Assembly: GCA_038087875.1 (NCBI GenBank)
Contig: CM075989.1
Span: 14,014,001-14,078,000 of the forward strand
DNA: 64,000 nucleotides
Reading direction: 5' to 3'
DNA from: Malacoraja senta
Lineage: Eukaryota
The number at the start of each line of letters is the position of its first letter. Within the stretch, counting starts at the first letter, position 1. The notes below the pieces were generated by a model, which saw only the letters and a program-made list of their open reading frames with translations, was not told the DNA's origin and did no database searches. Of the stretch, positions 1-11,844 are shown one piece after another. The position numbers and the translations under genes are program-made.

Positions 1-126
1 CGTGGGACGCATCTGCGCGGCGCTCCCGCGGCATACGCGCGGCGCTCCCGCAGTAGCCGCGCGGTCCCCGCTTCCAGGGACGCCGCGCTTCACCGCCAGT
101 AACCGCCTGCCCGTGGGACAGAGCCA
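1..126. mobile_element. Right end of a GC-rich MITE-like element (possibly PIF/Harbinger-like), truncated by window start
   Basis: GC-rich, internally repetitive (CGCGGCGCTCCCGC twice), ending abruptly in GTGGGACAGAGCC before AT-rich DNA. The other terminus is outside the window. Confidence 0.35.
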
Positions 127-562
127 TGAAGAACACAACACATTCTGAACACAGTGCAAATGATAGAAATTAAATTTAAAGGAAAAGTATATTTTATATA
201 ATGAGGCCACTCAGCATGAACTATAACAAGAAACAGCAATTACATTAAAAACAATTAGATCTGAATGTGTATATTTTAATAACCCTGATTGAGTCATAAA
301 AAGCATATTTGCCCAATGCACGTGTTTTCTCAGCTGAATGTTGTCAAATTTACAATATGTTCATTTCTAGAAAGCAACTAAATAGTATGCAATGAAGCAG
401 TTCATGAGCTTTTACCAAAACTAGCGCTGCTGTTAATAGTGAAGATTTATCCTTATTTTTGGACCATTTCTTGTACAATGCTGCATACCTCAGAAATCTG
501 AAATAAAAAATAGTGGAAATGCTCTCTGCTGGGTTTCCTGTGTTTTCTGCATTCATTTTATT

Positions 563-1456
563 GTAAGTAGTAAGTAAGTAAGTAAGTAAGTTTTATTTAT
601 ATAGCACGTTTTAAATCAACTCGTGTTGAAACCAAAGTGCTTTACATAAAATAAATAATAAGTTTCCGTACATCCATAGAAAAAGATTAAAATAGAAAAA
701 TTGACACAACACATTATAGAATTCAACACAAATGTCCCCCCACAACAGAATCAAAATTTTCCACTGTGGGTAAAGGCACCAGAAAGTTTAGTCCTCTTCC
801 TCTGTGACCACTCGAGGTCGGGCCCTATTTGTGGCCTTGCAGCCAGTCCGATGTTTTCAGGCCCTCTTGCCGTGTAGCTGGAACTCCGGCGTCGGGTGGA
901 CATTCCTCAGCGGCTTGGAAATGTCTGGAGCGGCCGCTTCCTCCCTGGAGACTGCGGCACCCGAGGTCCCCAGGCCGCGCTGGTTGGAGCTCCGACTCTG
1001 GCGATCTCAGCAAGAGGTCCCAGGTTCCGCGGTGTTCTAAATCCAGCGCCGCCCGCCCGCAGCTGGGTGCTCCGCAGACCGCAGCTCCTCGATGTTGGAG
1101 TCGGCGGTCACCGCACTCCGGAGCTTACCGCTCGGCGACCCGGTAAGGCATTGCCCGCTCCGTGTTGGTGTCCCAGTGCAGTGCCACTGCCGAAGCTGTA
1201 GTCTCGGCTGGTCCCGACAGGAAACGCCGCTCCAGTCCGATGGTAGGCCGCGAGGAAGGGGCGAAGAAACAGCTCGGAGGGAAGCTGCCAATCCGACCAG
1301 AAGGGACTAGGAAATAAAGTTTCCCCCATTCCCCTCCCCCACCCACCACATAAAAGACCTCCAACTAACATTTTGTTTTTTAACAGGACTAAAAAATAAA
1401 ATAAAAAATGATGAAAGGGCGGACTGCAGGCAGAGCAGCCATATACAACGGCGCCC
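563..1456 (-). mobile_element. Non-autonomous GC-rich retroelement with an L2-like 3' tail
   Basis: Minus-strand 3' end TGTAAAGCACTTTGG...GTGCTATATAAATAAAAC followed by (TTAC)n. GC-rich body. 5' head GGCGCC...CTGCAGTCCG followed by a T-tract and G-run, like the elements at 18.3-19.1 kb and 42.1-42.3 kb. Confidence 0.6.
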
Positions 1457-1494
1457 TACTCCTGAACATCCGCCATCTTGGTTGGTAGCTTCTC

Positions 1495-1900
1495 CATGGA
1501 TTGTCACCTTGTCGTGGTGGAGAAGCTTGGTCCTGATATCCTGAGAACGATGCCATCTGGAGCTATGCTCCTGGTAGGACCACCCATGGCGATAAGGTCG
1601 AGCCGGAGGACTCTGACAAAGAGCAATCCAACCAAGACCACAACGGCGGAACAGGCGGAGGATGATGGCTGACCTTAGTGGAGCGTCACAGCGGCTGGGA
1701 AGGCAGATGAAGGATGCAGTAGAAAAGGGTCTCCGGTTGTTTTGGACTCCATGCCACTGGATCCTGACCCAGATCTGTCAAGGATGCTGTGGTGGCTGTC
1801 TGTGCACCAGACTCCCCATGTTAAGCAAAGTCACGCACTGGCGTCCTCCGACCATGGAGACACCCATGGTCAGCCATGAGCAAAGGGGGCCTAAGAAGGT
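1495..1900 (+). mobile_element. RTE-clade (Expander/Rex3-like) 5'-region-derived fragment
   Basis: CACCTTGTCGTGGTGGAG...GAGCTATGCTCCTGGTAGG..CACCCATGGC...CTGACAAAGAGCAATCC resembles RTE 5' UTRs as I recall them. Confidence 0.4.
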
Positions 1901-2104
1901 AGCTTCAAAGGTTGATTAGTGCATGTTAAAAATCCCACCTGAATCAATAACTAATTCTCCCTGGAAAAACAAGAAATGTGAACCGATGCTGATAAATTCT
2001 TTGTGCATAAACAGGGAGTTCCGGGAATATGATTAAACTAAGAAAATGAGCCAAAAACAATACAAGGAATAACAAAAAATCCTCTTCCTTGTCTGCAGTA
2101 TCTT

Positions 2105-3845
2105 ATAGATACATAGATACATAGAAAATAGGTGCAGGAGTAGGCCATTTGGCCCTTCGAGCCTGCACCGCCATTCAATATGATCATGGCTGATCATCCA
2201 ACTCAGTATCCCGTACCTGCCTTCTCTCCATACCCCCTGATCCCCTTAGCCACAAGGGCCACATCCAACTCCCTCTTAAATATAGCCAATGAACTGGCCT
2301 CAACTACCCTCTGTGGCAGAGAGTTCCAGAGATTCACCACTCTCTGTGTGAAAAAGTTTTTCCTCATCTCGGTCTTAAAGGATTTCCCCCTTATCCTTAA
2401 GCTGTGACCCCTTGTCCTGGACTTCCCCAACATCGGGAACAATCTTCCTGCATCTAGCCTGTCCAACCCCATAAGAATTTTGTACGTTTCTATAGGATCC
2501 CCTCTCAACCTCCTAAATTCTAGCGAGTATAAGCCAAGTCTATCCAGTCTTTCTTCATATGAAAGTCCTTACATCCCAGGAATCAGTCTGGTGAACCTTC
2601 TCTGCACTCCCTCTATGGCTATAATGTCCTTCCTCAGATTTGGAGACCAAAACTGTACGCAATACTCCAGGTGTGGTCTCACCAAGACCCTGTACAACTG
2701 CAGTAGAACCTCCCTGCTCCTATACTCAAATCCTTTTGCTATGAAAGCTAACATACCATTTGCTTTCTTCACTGCCTGCTGCACCTGCATGCCTACTTTC
2801 AATGACTGGTGTACCATGACACCTAGGTCTCGCTGCATCTCCCCATTTCCTAATCGGCCACCATTTAGATAATAGTCTGCTTTCCTGTTTTTGCCACCAA
2901 AGTGGATAACCTCACATTTATCCACATTATACTGCATCTGCCAAACATTTGCCCACTCACCCAGCCTATCCAAGTCACCTTGCAGTCTCCTAGCATCCTC
3001 CTCACAGCTAACACTGCCCCCCCAGCTTAGTGTCATCCGCAAACTTGGAGATGTTGCCTTCAATTCCCTCATCCAGCTCATTAATATAAATTGTAAATAG
3101 CCTGGGTTCCAGCACTGAGCCTTGCGGTACCCCACTAGTCACTGCGTGCCATTGTGAAAAGGACCCGTTTACTCCTACTCTTTGCTTCCTGTTTGCCAGC
3201 CAGTTCTCTATCCACATCAATACTGAACCCCCAATACCGTGTGCTTTAAGTTTGTACACTAATCTCTTATGTGGTACCTTGTCGAAAGCCTTCTGAAAGT
3301 CCAGATACAACACATCCACTGGTTCTCCCCTATCCACTCTACTAGTTACATCCTCGAAAAATTCTATAAGATTCGTCAGACATGATTTACCTTTCGTAAA
3401 TCCATGCTGAATTTGTCCAATGATTTCACCACTTTCCAAATGTGCTGCTATCCCATCTTTAATAAGTGATTCTAGCAGTTTCCCCACTACCAATGTTAGA
3501 CTAACTGGTCTGTAATTCCCCGTTTTCTCTCCCTCCCTTCTTAAAAAGTGGGGTTACGTTTGCTACCCTCCAATCCTCAGGAACTACTCCAGAATCTAAA
3601 GAGTTTTGAAAAATTATCACTAATGCATCCACTATTTTCTGGAGCTACTTCCTTAAGTACTCTGGGATGCAGCCTATCTGGCCCTGGTGATTTATCGGCC
3701 TTTAATCCATTCAATTTACCCAACACCACTTCCCGACTAACCTGGATTTCACTCAGTTCCTCCATCTCCTTTTAGAACTAATGGCCAGTCAATCTTGGCT
3801 AATTCACGTCTCATACCCTCAAAGTTACCTTTCTTTAAGTTCAGA
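2105..3845 (-). mobile_element. Young CR1-clade LINE, 5'-truncated ORF2 (RT) with frameshifts and an internal deletion
   Basis: ORFs 3008-3493, 2569-3135 and 2203-2508 carry [29 protein letters not shown] and [11 protein letters not shown]. 3' tail is (ATAGATAC)n at ~2105-2124. 3773-3845 encodes the more upstream piece LNLKKGNFEGMRRELAKIDW. Confidence 0.95.
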
Positions 3846-3889
3846 AGTACCTATCTGTACACCATATATTTTACTTACAATTTTTAATT

Positions 3890-4840
3890 GAGTCACAGAA
3901 TCATACAGCTTGGAAACAGCCCATTTGGCCTGACTTGTCTATGCCGACATGTGGGCAGCCTTCACGTCATCATCCTGCACTTGTTCATAGTCCTCCATGC
4001 CCAAGCAATTCAAGTGTTTATCTTAAATGCTGACCCAGTTCCATCAACTCCCTCAGCGAGTGCATTCCAGGTACTCTCCACTTTGGGTGAAGAAGATCCT
4101 TTCATATCCCCTTTAAATCTCTTCCCTCTGACCATAAACCATAAACCTATTTTCCCTCCAGTTTAATCCATCTCTGATAAGGGGAAAAGCTTCCTGCAGT
4201 CTACCTATCTGTACACCTCATAATTTTATATACCTCAATCATGTTCCCTCTTAATATCCTCCACTCTAAGAGAAAAGACATAGCTTCTACTGTCTCTCCT
4301 CATAACTGAACTGCCCTGTCCCAGGAAATATCCTGGTGAATCTTTTCTATACCTTCTCCAGTGATATCACATCTTTCCTGCACCTAGACCAGAACTTCAC
4401 ACAGAACACCCGCTGAGGTCTGACAAAAGATTTATAAAGTAGGAAATTAACCTCCCTACTTTATATTTCATGCTCCAATTAATGAAGTCCAATATCCCAA
4501 ATGCCTTCTTAACCCCATTGCTGCATTGCACCTAGGAGGATATTTGGACGTACTCTATAGTCCATCTGTTCCTCAGAGGTGTATATCCTGGCCTCAACAG
4601 TGCTGCCAAAATGCATCACATCTCATCTGTCTGGATCAAACTCCATCTGCCATTTTTCAAACCCATTTCACCAACACATCAATATCTCTCCACAGCCAAA
4701 GACTACTCTCCCCACTACCAAAAATTCTGCCAATCTCCATGTCATTTGTAAACTCACTGATTTTCCCACCCACATCCACACCCAAGTCATTCATGTATAT
4801 TATAAACAGCAAGTTTCCAGCACCAATCTTTGGAAACAGG
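3890..4840 (-). mobile_element. Old degenerate CR1-like LINE 3' fragment
   Basis: Diverged equivalents of the CR1 3' region (GGAAACAGCCCATTTGGCC, ATCCTGGTGAATCTT, CCAAATGCCTTCTTAACC). Confidence 0.65.
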
Positions 4841-5819
4841 CCATTGTATGTTGTTTGTGGGGTGAAAATTAGAAGTTAGTGCGACTTGGGTGGGGGAGGG
4901 ATAGAGAGTGAGGGAATGTTGGGGCTACCTGAAGTGAGAGAAATCAATATTTCATTCTGTCGGGAGAGGGGGTTCCCCTCTCCCATCATAGACGAGGCAC
5001 TCATGTATCCTCGGTAGCTCACAGCTCCGCCCTTGCTCCCCCTTCCCCTAATCGCAACATAGACAGAATCCCCCTAGTCCTTACCTTCCACCCCATCAGC
5101 CGTCGCACACAACACATAATCCTCCAAAATTTCCGCCACCTCCAACGGGATCCCATCACTAGCCACATTTTCCCATCTTCACCCTTTTCTGCCTTCCGCA
5201 GAGACTGTTCCCTCCGCAACTCCCTGGTTAACTCATCCCTACCCACTCAAACCACCCCTTCCAAAGGTACCTTCCCCTGCAACCGCAGAAGGATGCAACA
5301 CCTGTCGCTATACCTCCTCCCTCGACTCTGTCCAGGGACCCCGACAGTCCTTTCAGGTTAGGCTGAGGTTCACTTGCACCTCCTCCAATCTCATCTACTG
5401 TATCTGTAGATGTGGACTCTTATACATCGGCAAGATAAACGCAGACTGGGCGATTGTTTCGCAGAGCACCTGCACTCAGTCCGCGTGAACCAAACCTGAT
5501 CTCCCGGTTGCTGGACACTTTAATTCTCCTTTTCATTCCCACACAGACATTTTTGTTCTCGGTCTCCACCATTGTCAGAGTGAGGCTAAATGGAAATTGG
5601 AGGAACAATATATCATATTTCGCTTGGGCGGCTTACAGCCAAGTGGTATGATTATTGATTTCTCTCATTTCAGGTAACCCCGGCATTCCCTCACTCTCTA
5701 TCCCTCCTCCACCAAAGTTGCACTAGCTTCTCATTTTCACCCTACAAACAACTTACAATGGCCTGTTTCCTTTATCATCATTACTTTTTTGCATATTCAT
5801 TGTTCTTTATCTCTCCACA

Positions 5820-6890
5820 TCTATATAACTAAAAGTCTCATCTTGACCACTTCCTGTCTACATTGTTAATTGATTTTAGAAAAAACGCTACCCTATATCG
5901 CTATGTTTTTTGCCATCTTACTCACAGTCCTCCTCCGCTGCAGCAGCCCCAAGGGACTTTTCCGATCGCTGGGAAAAAAAAAGTATGAATGTTTAAAAAT
6001 CTTGAGATCAGCTGATTGGTCCTCTCGCCTGTCGATCACCAATGATAAAGGTAAAGCCCCATCCGGGGGGGGAGGGGGGCAGGAGTATAAAGCCCCAGAT
6101 GCCGGACGTCAGTCAGTCACTCTGGAAGATCGTGAGGGAGAGTCCACAACTGTGATTCTAAGCTGTGAGTCAACTGAACCGTGAGTCTGCAATATACTTG
6201 CAATAAATTATTTGTTAGCCCTAAATGAAAATGCAATGAGTAGTTTGGCCTGCCTTGTGCTTGAAACTGCAATGGAAATGGAAATTAAATGAAAATGCAA
6301 TGAGTTGTTTCGCCTGTCCTATGCTTTTGTTTTGCTTTGCCTTTGCTTTGCTTGACCTCACCTGAAATGAAAGCAAATGGATTGTATTGTTGGCTGGCCC
6401 CTGTGCTTGACTTGACTTGACTTGAAATGGATTGACTTGACTTAAAATGGATTGACTTGACTTGAAATCAATTGACTTGACTTGACTTCACTTGAAAGGG
6501 ATTGACTTGACTTAACTTGACTTGAAATGGATTGACTAGACTTGACTTGACTTGACTTGAAATGGATTGACTTGACTTGACTTGAAATGGATTGACTTGA
6601 CTTGAAATGGATTGACTTGACTTGACTTGTAATGGATTGACTTGACTTGAAATGGAATGACTTGACTTGAAATGGATTGACTTGACTTCAAATGGATTGA
6701 AATGGATTGTTGGCCCTGCACTCACTGTGCTTGACTTGACTTAACCCACAACACCCATGCTAGTGCTCCAGAACCCCCCCCCCCCTCCCACTGGCCACCA
6801 ATATTGGAATTGGTGGAGAGGTGGAATATTGCGTTGGGGGACCAGCCCTCCCGCGTGAACCTGGGACCCAACGGGTTCTACTTAGTCTAG
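5820..6890 (+). mobile_element. Non-autonomous Helitron
   Basis: Starts with TC (5820), ends with CTAG (6887-6890), has a subterminal hairpin GGGACCCAACGGGTTCT (~6863-6879), and sits between A5819 and T6891 with no TSD. The flanks rejoin as CTCCACA/TCACTGTCTATATC. Confidence 0.8.
6405..6705. repeat. Compound microsatellite (TTGAC)n interspersed with GAAATGGA, inside the Helitron
   Basis: Directly visible tandem array. Confidence 0.95.
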
Positions 6891-7055
6891 TCACTGTCTA
6901 TATCTCTCATTTCCCTTATCCCTAACCAGTCTGAAGAAGGATCTCAACCCGAAACGTCACCCATTCCTTCTCTCCAGAGATGCTGCCTGTCCCGCTGAGT
7001 TACTCCAGCTTTTTGTGTCTATCTTTGGTTTAAACCAGCATCTGCAGTTCCTTAT

Positions 7056-7545
7056 ACAACCTACAAATCTGTACATCTTTGGAGTGTGGGAGGAAACCGA
7101 AGATAGATACATAGATACATAGAAAATAGGTGCAGGAGTAGGCCATTCGGCCCTTCGAGTCTGCACCGCCATTCAATATGATCATGGCTGATCATCCAAC
7201 TCAGTATCCCGTACCTGCCTTCTCTCCATACCCCCTGATCCCCTTAGCCACAAGGGCCACATCTAACTCCCTCTTAAATATAGCCAATGAACTGGCCTCA
7301 ACTACCCTCTGTGGCAGAGAGTTCCAGAGATTCACCACTCTCTGTGTGAAAAAGTTTTTCCTCATCTCGGTCTTAAAGGATTTCCCCCTCTTAAAGGATT
7401 TCCCCCTTAAAGATGTCGGAGAAAACCCACGCGGTCACAGGAGAAACTCAGCACAGACAGCTACCATAGTCAGGATCATACCCGGATCTCTGGCGTGTAA
7501 GCGCTGTAAGGCAGCAACTCTACCACTGTGCGACCGTGCCACCTT
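7056..7545 (-). mobile_element. tRNA-derived (V-SINE/HE1-like) SINE interrupted by a short CR1 3' fragment (~7101-7410)
   Basis: SINE head reads GGCACGGTCGCACAGTGGTAGAGTTGCTGCCTTACAGCG on the minus strand. The CR1 piece is nearly identical to 2105-2400, with a possible AAGAT target duplication. Confidence 0.85.
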
Positions 7546-8379
7546 AACATTAGCAAAGGCACACCTTTGGGCTGAATGAAAACCTCTGAATCAAATACAA
7601 TTACACCCCAGTATTGTGCACCCATGACACAAGTTCACATCATCTTGTACAACAGTTGTGACCATCTGACTGCAGAGTTGATTTGTACTGTAAGTCATTT
7701 CGCACCAATACAACGTGTAGCTATGTATAATGCGTAACCCAAAAGACTAAGTGGTACAAAAATAGTCTGTCACATTTATCTTGTTTGATGTTTAATACTT
7801 TTGACAGAAAATATCTGTAGTAACTTTCTTGATGAAGCATATTCATCCCCAGAATGGAATTGATTGGAGCTGAATTGTGCAGATTGACAGGCTAGGTTAA
7901 TAACATGGGAGTTCAATTCCTTGGAAGAAGGTCAAAGTGACATTTTGGAAAATCATCTTTTTGTTTGGTCATTGCTGCAGTTTTTATGGTGCCAGTTGTT
8001 TTGTAAGAACTGTTTGCTTATTTTACTTAACCAAAGTGAGCCAAAAGGAAATGATCTATTCCAATCTGTCAGAGATGGAGTTTAGAAAAACACCCGAGGA
8101 TAAGAAGTACTTTCTATCAATCAGTGGATATTTTCTTAGCAGAACAGAACACAAATTAATTCAGCCATTTGATTTAAAGGCACATTAATTTCCCTTGCAG
8201 TTGCAATCTTGATTAAACAGGTTTGATATAATCAGCTCATTCCATGCTTCCATCTTTAGTGAGCTAGTAAGCAGCAAATGTTTACCACTAAATGCCAAAG
8301 ATGTAGATGATTCTTTGGGTGGGTTATTATCAAAGCCTTCATTATGGGAAACCAGATGGGTTGGAAAATTAATTCATGA

Positions 8380-9145
8380 TCATGGAGTCATACAAGATAG
8401 AAACCAGCCCCAGAATCTCCATTCTCACCATCAAGTAGCTATTTCCACTAAACCCATTTATCACCACTCGATCTATAGCCTATCATGCCTTTGCAATTTA
8501 AGTGCTTGACAAGATCCTTATTAAGTATTGTGAGAGTACCTTTCTCCCCACCTTTTCCGGCATTGTGTTTCAGACTTTAACCACCTTCTGTGTGAAAAGG
8601 TTATTCCTCATATCCCCTGTAGATCTCTTACTTCTCACCTTTCACCTATGCCCTCTGGTCCTGGGCATCTTTATCGCAAGGAAAAGTTTCTTCCCTCTTT
8701 ATGCCTGTCATCAATTTGTACACCCTATCGAGTCTCTCCTCAGCATCCTCTGCCCCATGGAATATAAATGGAGCATATCGAGTCTCTCCTCATAGCTGAA
8801 ATGTTCCATTCCAGGCAACTTCCTGGTGAATTTCCTGTGCACCCTTTCCAGTGGAATGATGTCCTTCCTATAGTTTGGTGACTATGATTGCACACAATAT
8901 TCTTGCTATGACCTAACTAATATTTTATACAGCTGTCCCAAGATTTGCCTGCTTTTATATTTGATGCCCCATCTAATGAAGCAAGCAACCCCTGTCTGCT
9001 TCTGCACCACCCTATTCAGGGGTGCTGCATCTTTCAGGGTCTATGGACTTGCACAACAAGGGACCTTTGTCCCTCACTACTACCTTGGATGCGACCATAC
9101 ATGGTATATATCCTCCCCTTGTTAGAACTCCCAAAATGCAAGGTT
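8380..9145 (-). mobile_element. Old CR1-like LINE fragment
   Basis: Degenerate CR1 3' motifs (ACCACCTTCTGTGTGAAAA, CCAGGCAACTTCCTGGTGAAT). Confidence 0.65.
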
Positions 9146-11329
9146 TCCAAAAGCATCACATATTTTTGAGGGAATGAGGGTCATAAATTTAAAAAAATCA
9201 AAAAGAGTACAGTTTATGTTGCAGAAACATAAACATTGCCTTAAAGTTGTTTTCTTAAAATGGACTGAATGCAACCAAAATCTAATTTCTGTGCAATTCC
9301 TATGACTTGGATTTTAATATAATGACATACTGTGTCCAATATTTCAACATTCAGATGTCACTTTTCATGTTAAATTTAATGATTCAAAAGTCTTAAGGGT
9401 GTGTTTAAGTGAGATCATTTGCAGGAACTATAAGGCAATTACTATCTGTGTGAAATAGAACAACATACCACAATAAAAGGTTTAACCATGATGTAAGTCA
9501 TTTTCAGAGGGAATTCCCTCAGGATCAAGGATAACTTACTTTTTGTGAGCTCTGGGGTTTATGAGCCCAATGTGGGAACCACAGACGCTTCCACAGAGGG
9601 AGAAGGAGGTGCATGGCTAGGAAAGCTTATGGGTAGTTTTTGAGACACAAGGAACTGCAGATACTGCAAAATACAAAGTGTTGGAGTAACCCAGCAGGCT
9701 AGGCAGTATATGTGGAGGAAATTATTGGGCGATGTTTTGGATCGGGATCCTTCTTCAAACAGATCATAGTGCGGGCGAGGGAGAAAGCTGGAAAAGAGGT
9801 GGGGGCCGGACCGAGCCTGGCAAATAATAATTGGATATGAGTAACAGGGAGGTTTAACCCCCCAATCTCTTTTCAAGCTTTCTTCCACCTACTACAATCA
9901 GTCTGAAGAAGGGTTATGACTCAAATGTTGTCTATCCATCCACTCCACTGTTGCTGCTTGACCTGCAGAAATATGCAGAAATGGGGTAACTTTTAAGATG
10001 GTGTGCTCCTTCTGCTATTTTACATGACTTCTGTGTGCTCCAAATATTTTCAATTGTGGTTCTCAACACCATCCTAAATGGTTCTTCTTGGTTGTGAGTG
10101 GTTAAGAGCCAGATATTCCCACGAATCACGGGGATATTGCATTTTTTTCAAGGTGACTTTGAGCACATCCCTATGTCTTTTCCACTTACAGCTTGGTAAT
10201 ATCTTCCCACGACAGAAGAGCGAATAGAGTGTGTTTCAGGTGTTAGGCATGTGAAAAAATGTGGTCTGCTTAATGAGAGAATCGAGTGTTACTAGGTTAT
10301 GTTGGTCTGGGAGACAAAACTGATGTTCAAAAATGATCATTCTGATGAATTTGGAGCGTTTTGTGGAAATAACATTGATATTACTTTATCTCAGATTCCA
10401 AAGCACTGTTGCAATTGCCAGTAAGTTAGTTGATGGAGACGGTAACTTTTCCGCCCAGAACATCTTTGAACTGTTAGCCTTGGCAGCGACACCCAGATCC
10501 TGTACATACCAATTTTAAAACAAACGAATTACGCAATGTTGTGTAACTAGGTGTTTTAATGTTGTAAACAGGTTTGAATTGGGCAATCAACATGAAGATG
10601 CAATGCAGCTCCTCCCCGGTTCACGACAGGGTTCCTATCTGAGAACTGTTCCCATCCCGAAAACTGTTCCTATCCCGAACAGTTCACAATTCAGAAAAGC
10701 GACCATCCTATAATATTTTTAAATAGAAACGTAGACGAACTGCGGGAAACCCATAGTTAAACTGGAAGAGGGGGGTTAAGTGAACCATTCAGAGTTCCCC
10801 GTAATGTCAGGCGTTGTAATCCGTGGAACACCTTTAAACGAATTTTCAGCATCAATTCGGTATGAACTTGTATGCTCAAGTAATATGGTGCGAGTTCCTC
10901 AGTCTTTGACAAAAACCCACAGCAACAATGTTTGAGCATACTAGTATTACTGAGGGAGCGCCATCAGAAAAGTTGCAACTAAATCTTGTCCGACCAGTCA
11001 CATTGTACCGATCAGTAAGTGGAAAAGACATAAGGATGTGCTCATTATTGAACCACACTACCTGATCTTCCCTTCTTTTAATTTGGCCGGTCATGGTTTA
11101 CTTACAGCAGAGACCAATTACAGGTGGAAGAGCGGTCGTTCGTGTTCAACAGAAAGATTCACGATTACACCTCATTTTAAGTGTTCTTTGAAAATAAGCC
11201 TCTTCTTACTCATTGCCTTGCATTTATTGAAACGTTTGGAGCTTCAGGAACACATTTCCCAGTTTAAAGGGTTGAAAGTTAACACAAGGCTCTTACTTGC
11301 CAGTGAGACGACAAGATCCCGAGGTCTCG

Positions 11330-11479
11330 GGGCCCCGCCTACAGATGGAGGTGATTGGTGAAGGGCGGCATAATCTGCCCAGAGAGACAAGGCTGATTGG
11401 CTACAGCGCCTGTCAATCACCGAGCGGTGACGCCCCCGCGGAGGGCGGACAGTTGAGCGCGCGCGGCGGGGTCGTGAAC
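11330..11479 (+). promoter_or_regulatory. CpG-rich promoter/5' UTR of the UNC13-like gene
   Basis: GC boxes (GGCCCCGCCT ~11331, GGGCGG ~11363 and ~11443), two inverted CCAAT boxes (GATTGG ~11353, ~11395) plus TCAATC ~11413, CpG-rich, directly upstream of the ATG at 11480. Confidence 0.7.
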
Positions 11480-11501
11480 ATGTCGCTGTTGTGCGTTAAA
11501 G
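11480..11501 (+). CDS. UNC13B-like: UNC13-like coding exon 1 (MSLLCVK/V)
   Basis: ATGTCGCTGTTGTGCGTTAAAG|gtaata; matches the Munc13 N-terminus MSLLCV. Confidence 0.92.
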
Positions 11502-11844
11502 GTAATACTTCAAAGTGCCGTCTTGTTATTTATCTATTTAAATGTGCCATGCAACATGTATTTGCTGAATTGTACTCGACACATCACAAGTTGCTGAACG
11601 AAACTTACTTTGGTTGTGAGGCGAGGTGGAATCGCTCGCAGTTTAAAATGTTCATGTTTAAAGGGGAGCAGCCGGGAGCGTCCCGCCCTCAGCTGTGGAC
11701 CAGTTTAAAGTTACCGGCAGCTGAGGCAATGCCAGGGTCCCGTCGCACTCACACCACGGACAGATAAGGGACCCCGGGGCACGGCCAGCGCGTCAAGCAC
11801 ACCTGGAATTACAATACAGAAAACAGGGTCTGTGTTATATCAGT

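Larger units (their letters stand above)
4870..7055 (+). mobile_element. Penelope-like element fragment (RT C-terminus/GIY-YIG region), split by a Helitron
   Basis: PLVLTFHP-type segment, CTSSNLIYC, and a degenerate LYIG..RRLGD.FAEHL at ~5415-5480. The element sequence resumes at 6891 and ends with the CTGAAGAAGG...CCGAAACGTC tail. 4870-4950 is an inverted copy of the 3' part. Confidence 0.75.

Noticed and set aside
804..1371. Overlapping ORFs in GC-rich blocks (also 18.5-19.2, 20.1-21.1 and 28.8-29.5 kb)
   Set aside because: Stop-poor GC-rich repeat sequence open in many frames, with no recognisable domains.
6405..6705. CRISPR-like array
   Set aside because: Simple pentamer satellite with no unique spacers, in eukaryotic DNA.
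10395..10425. AG/GT-bounded micro-exon upstream of the promoter
   Set aside because: No homology or linked exons; such matches are expected by chance.
11297..11767. 156-aa ORF as a protein
   Set aside because: Only MSLLCVK is supported as coding; the rest is promoter/UTR and intron read-through.
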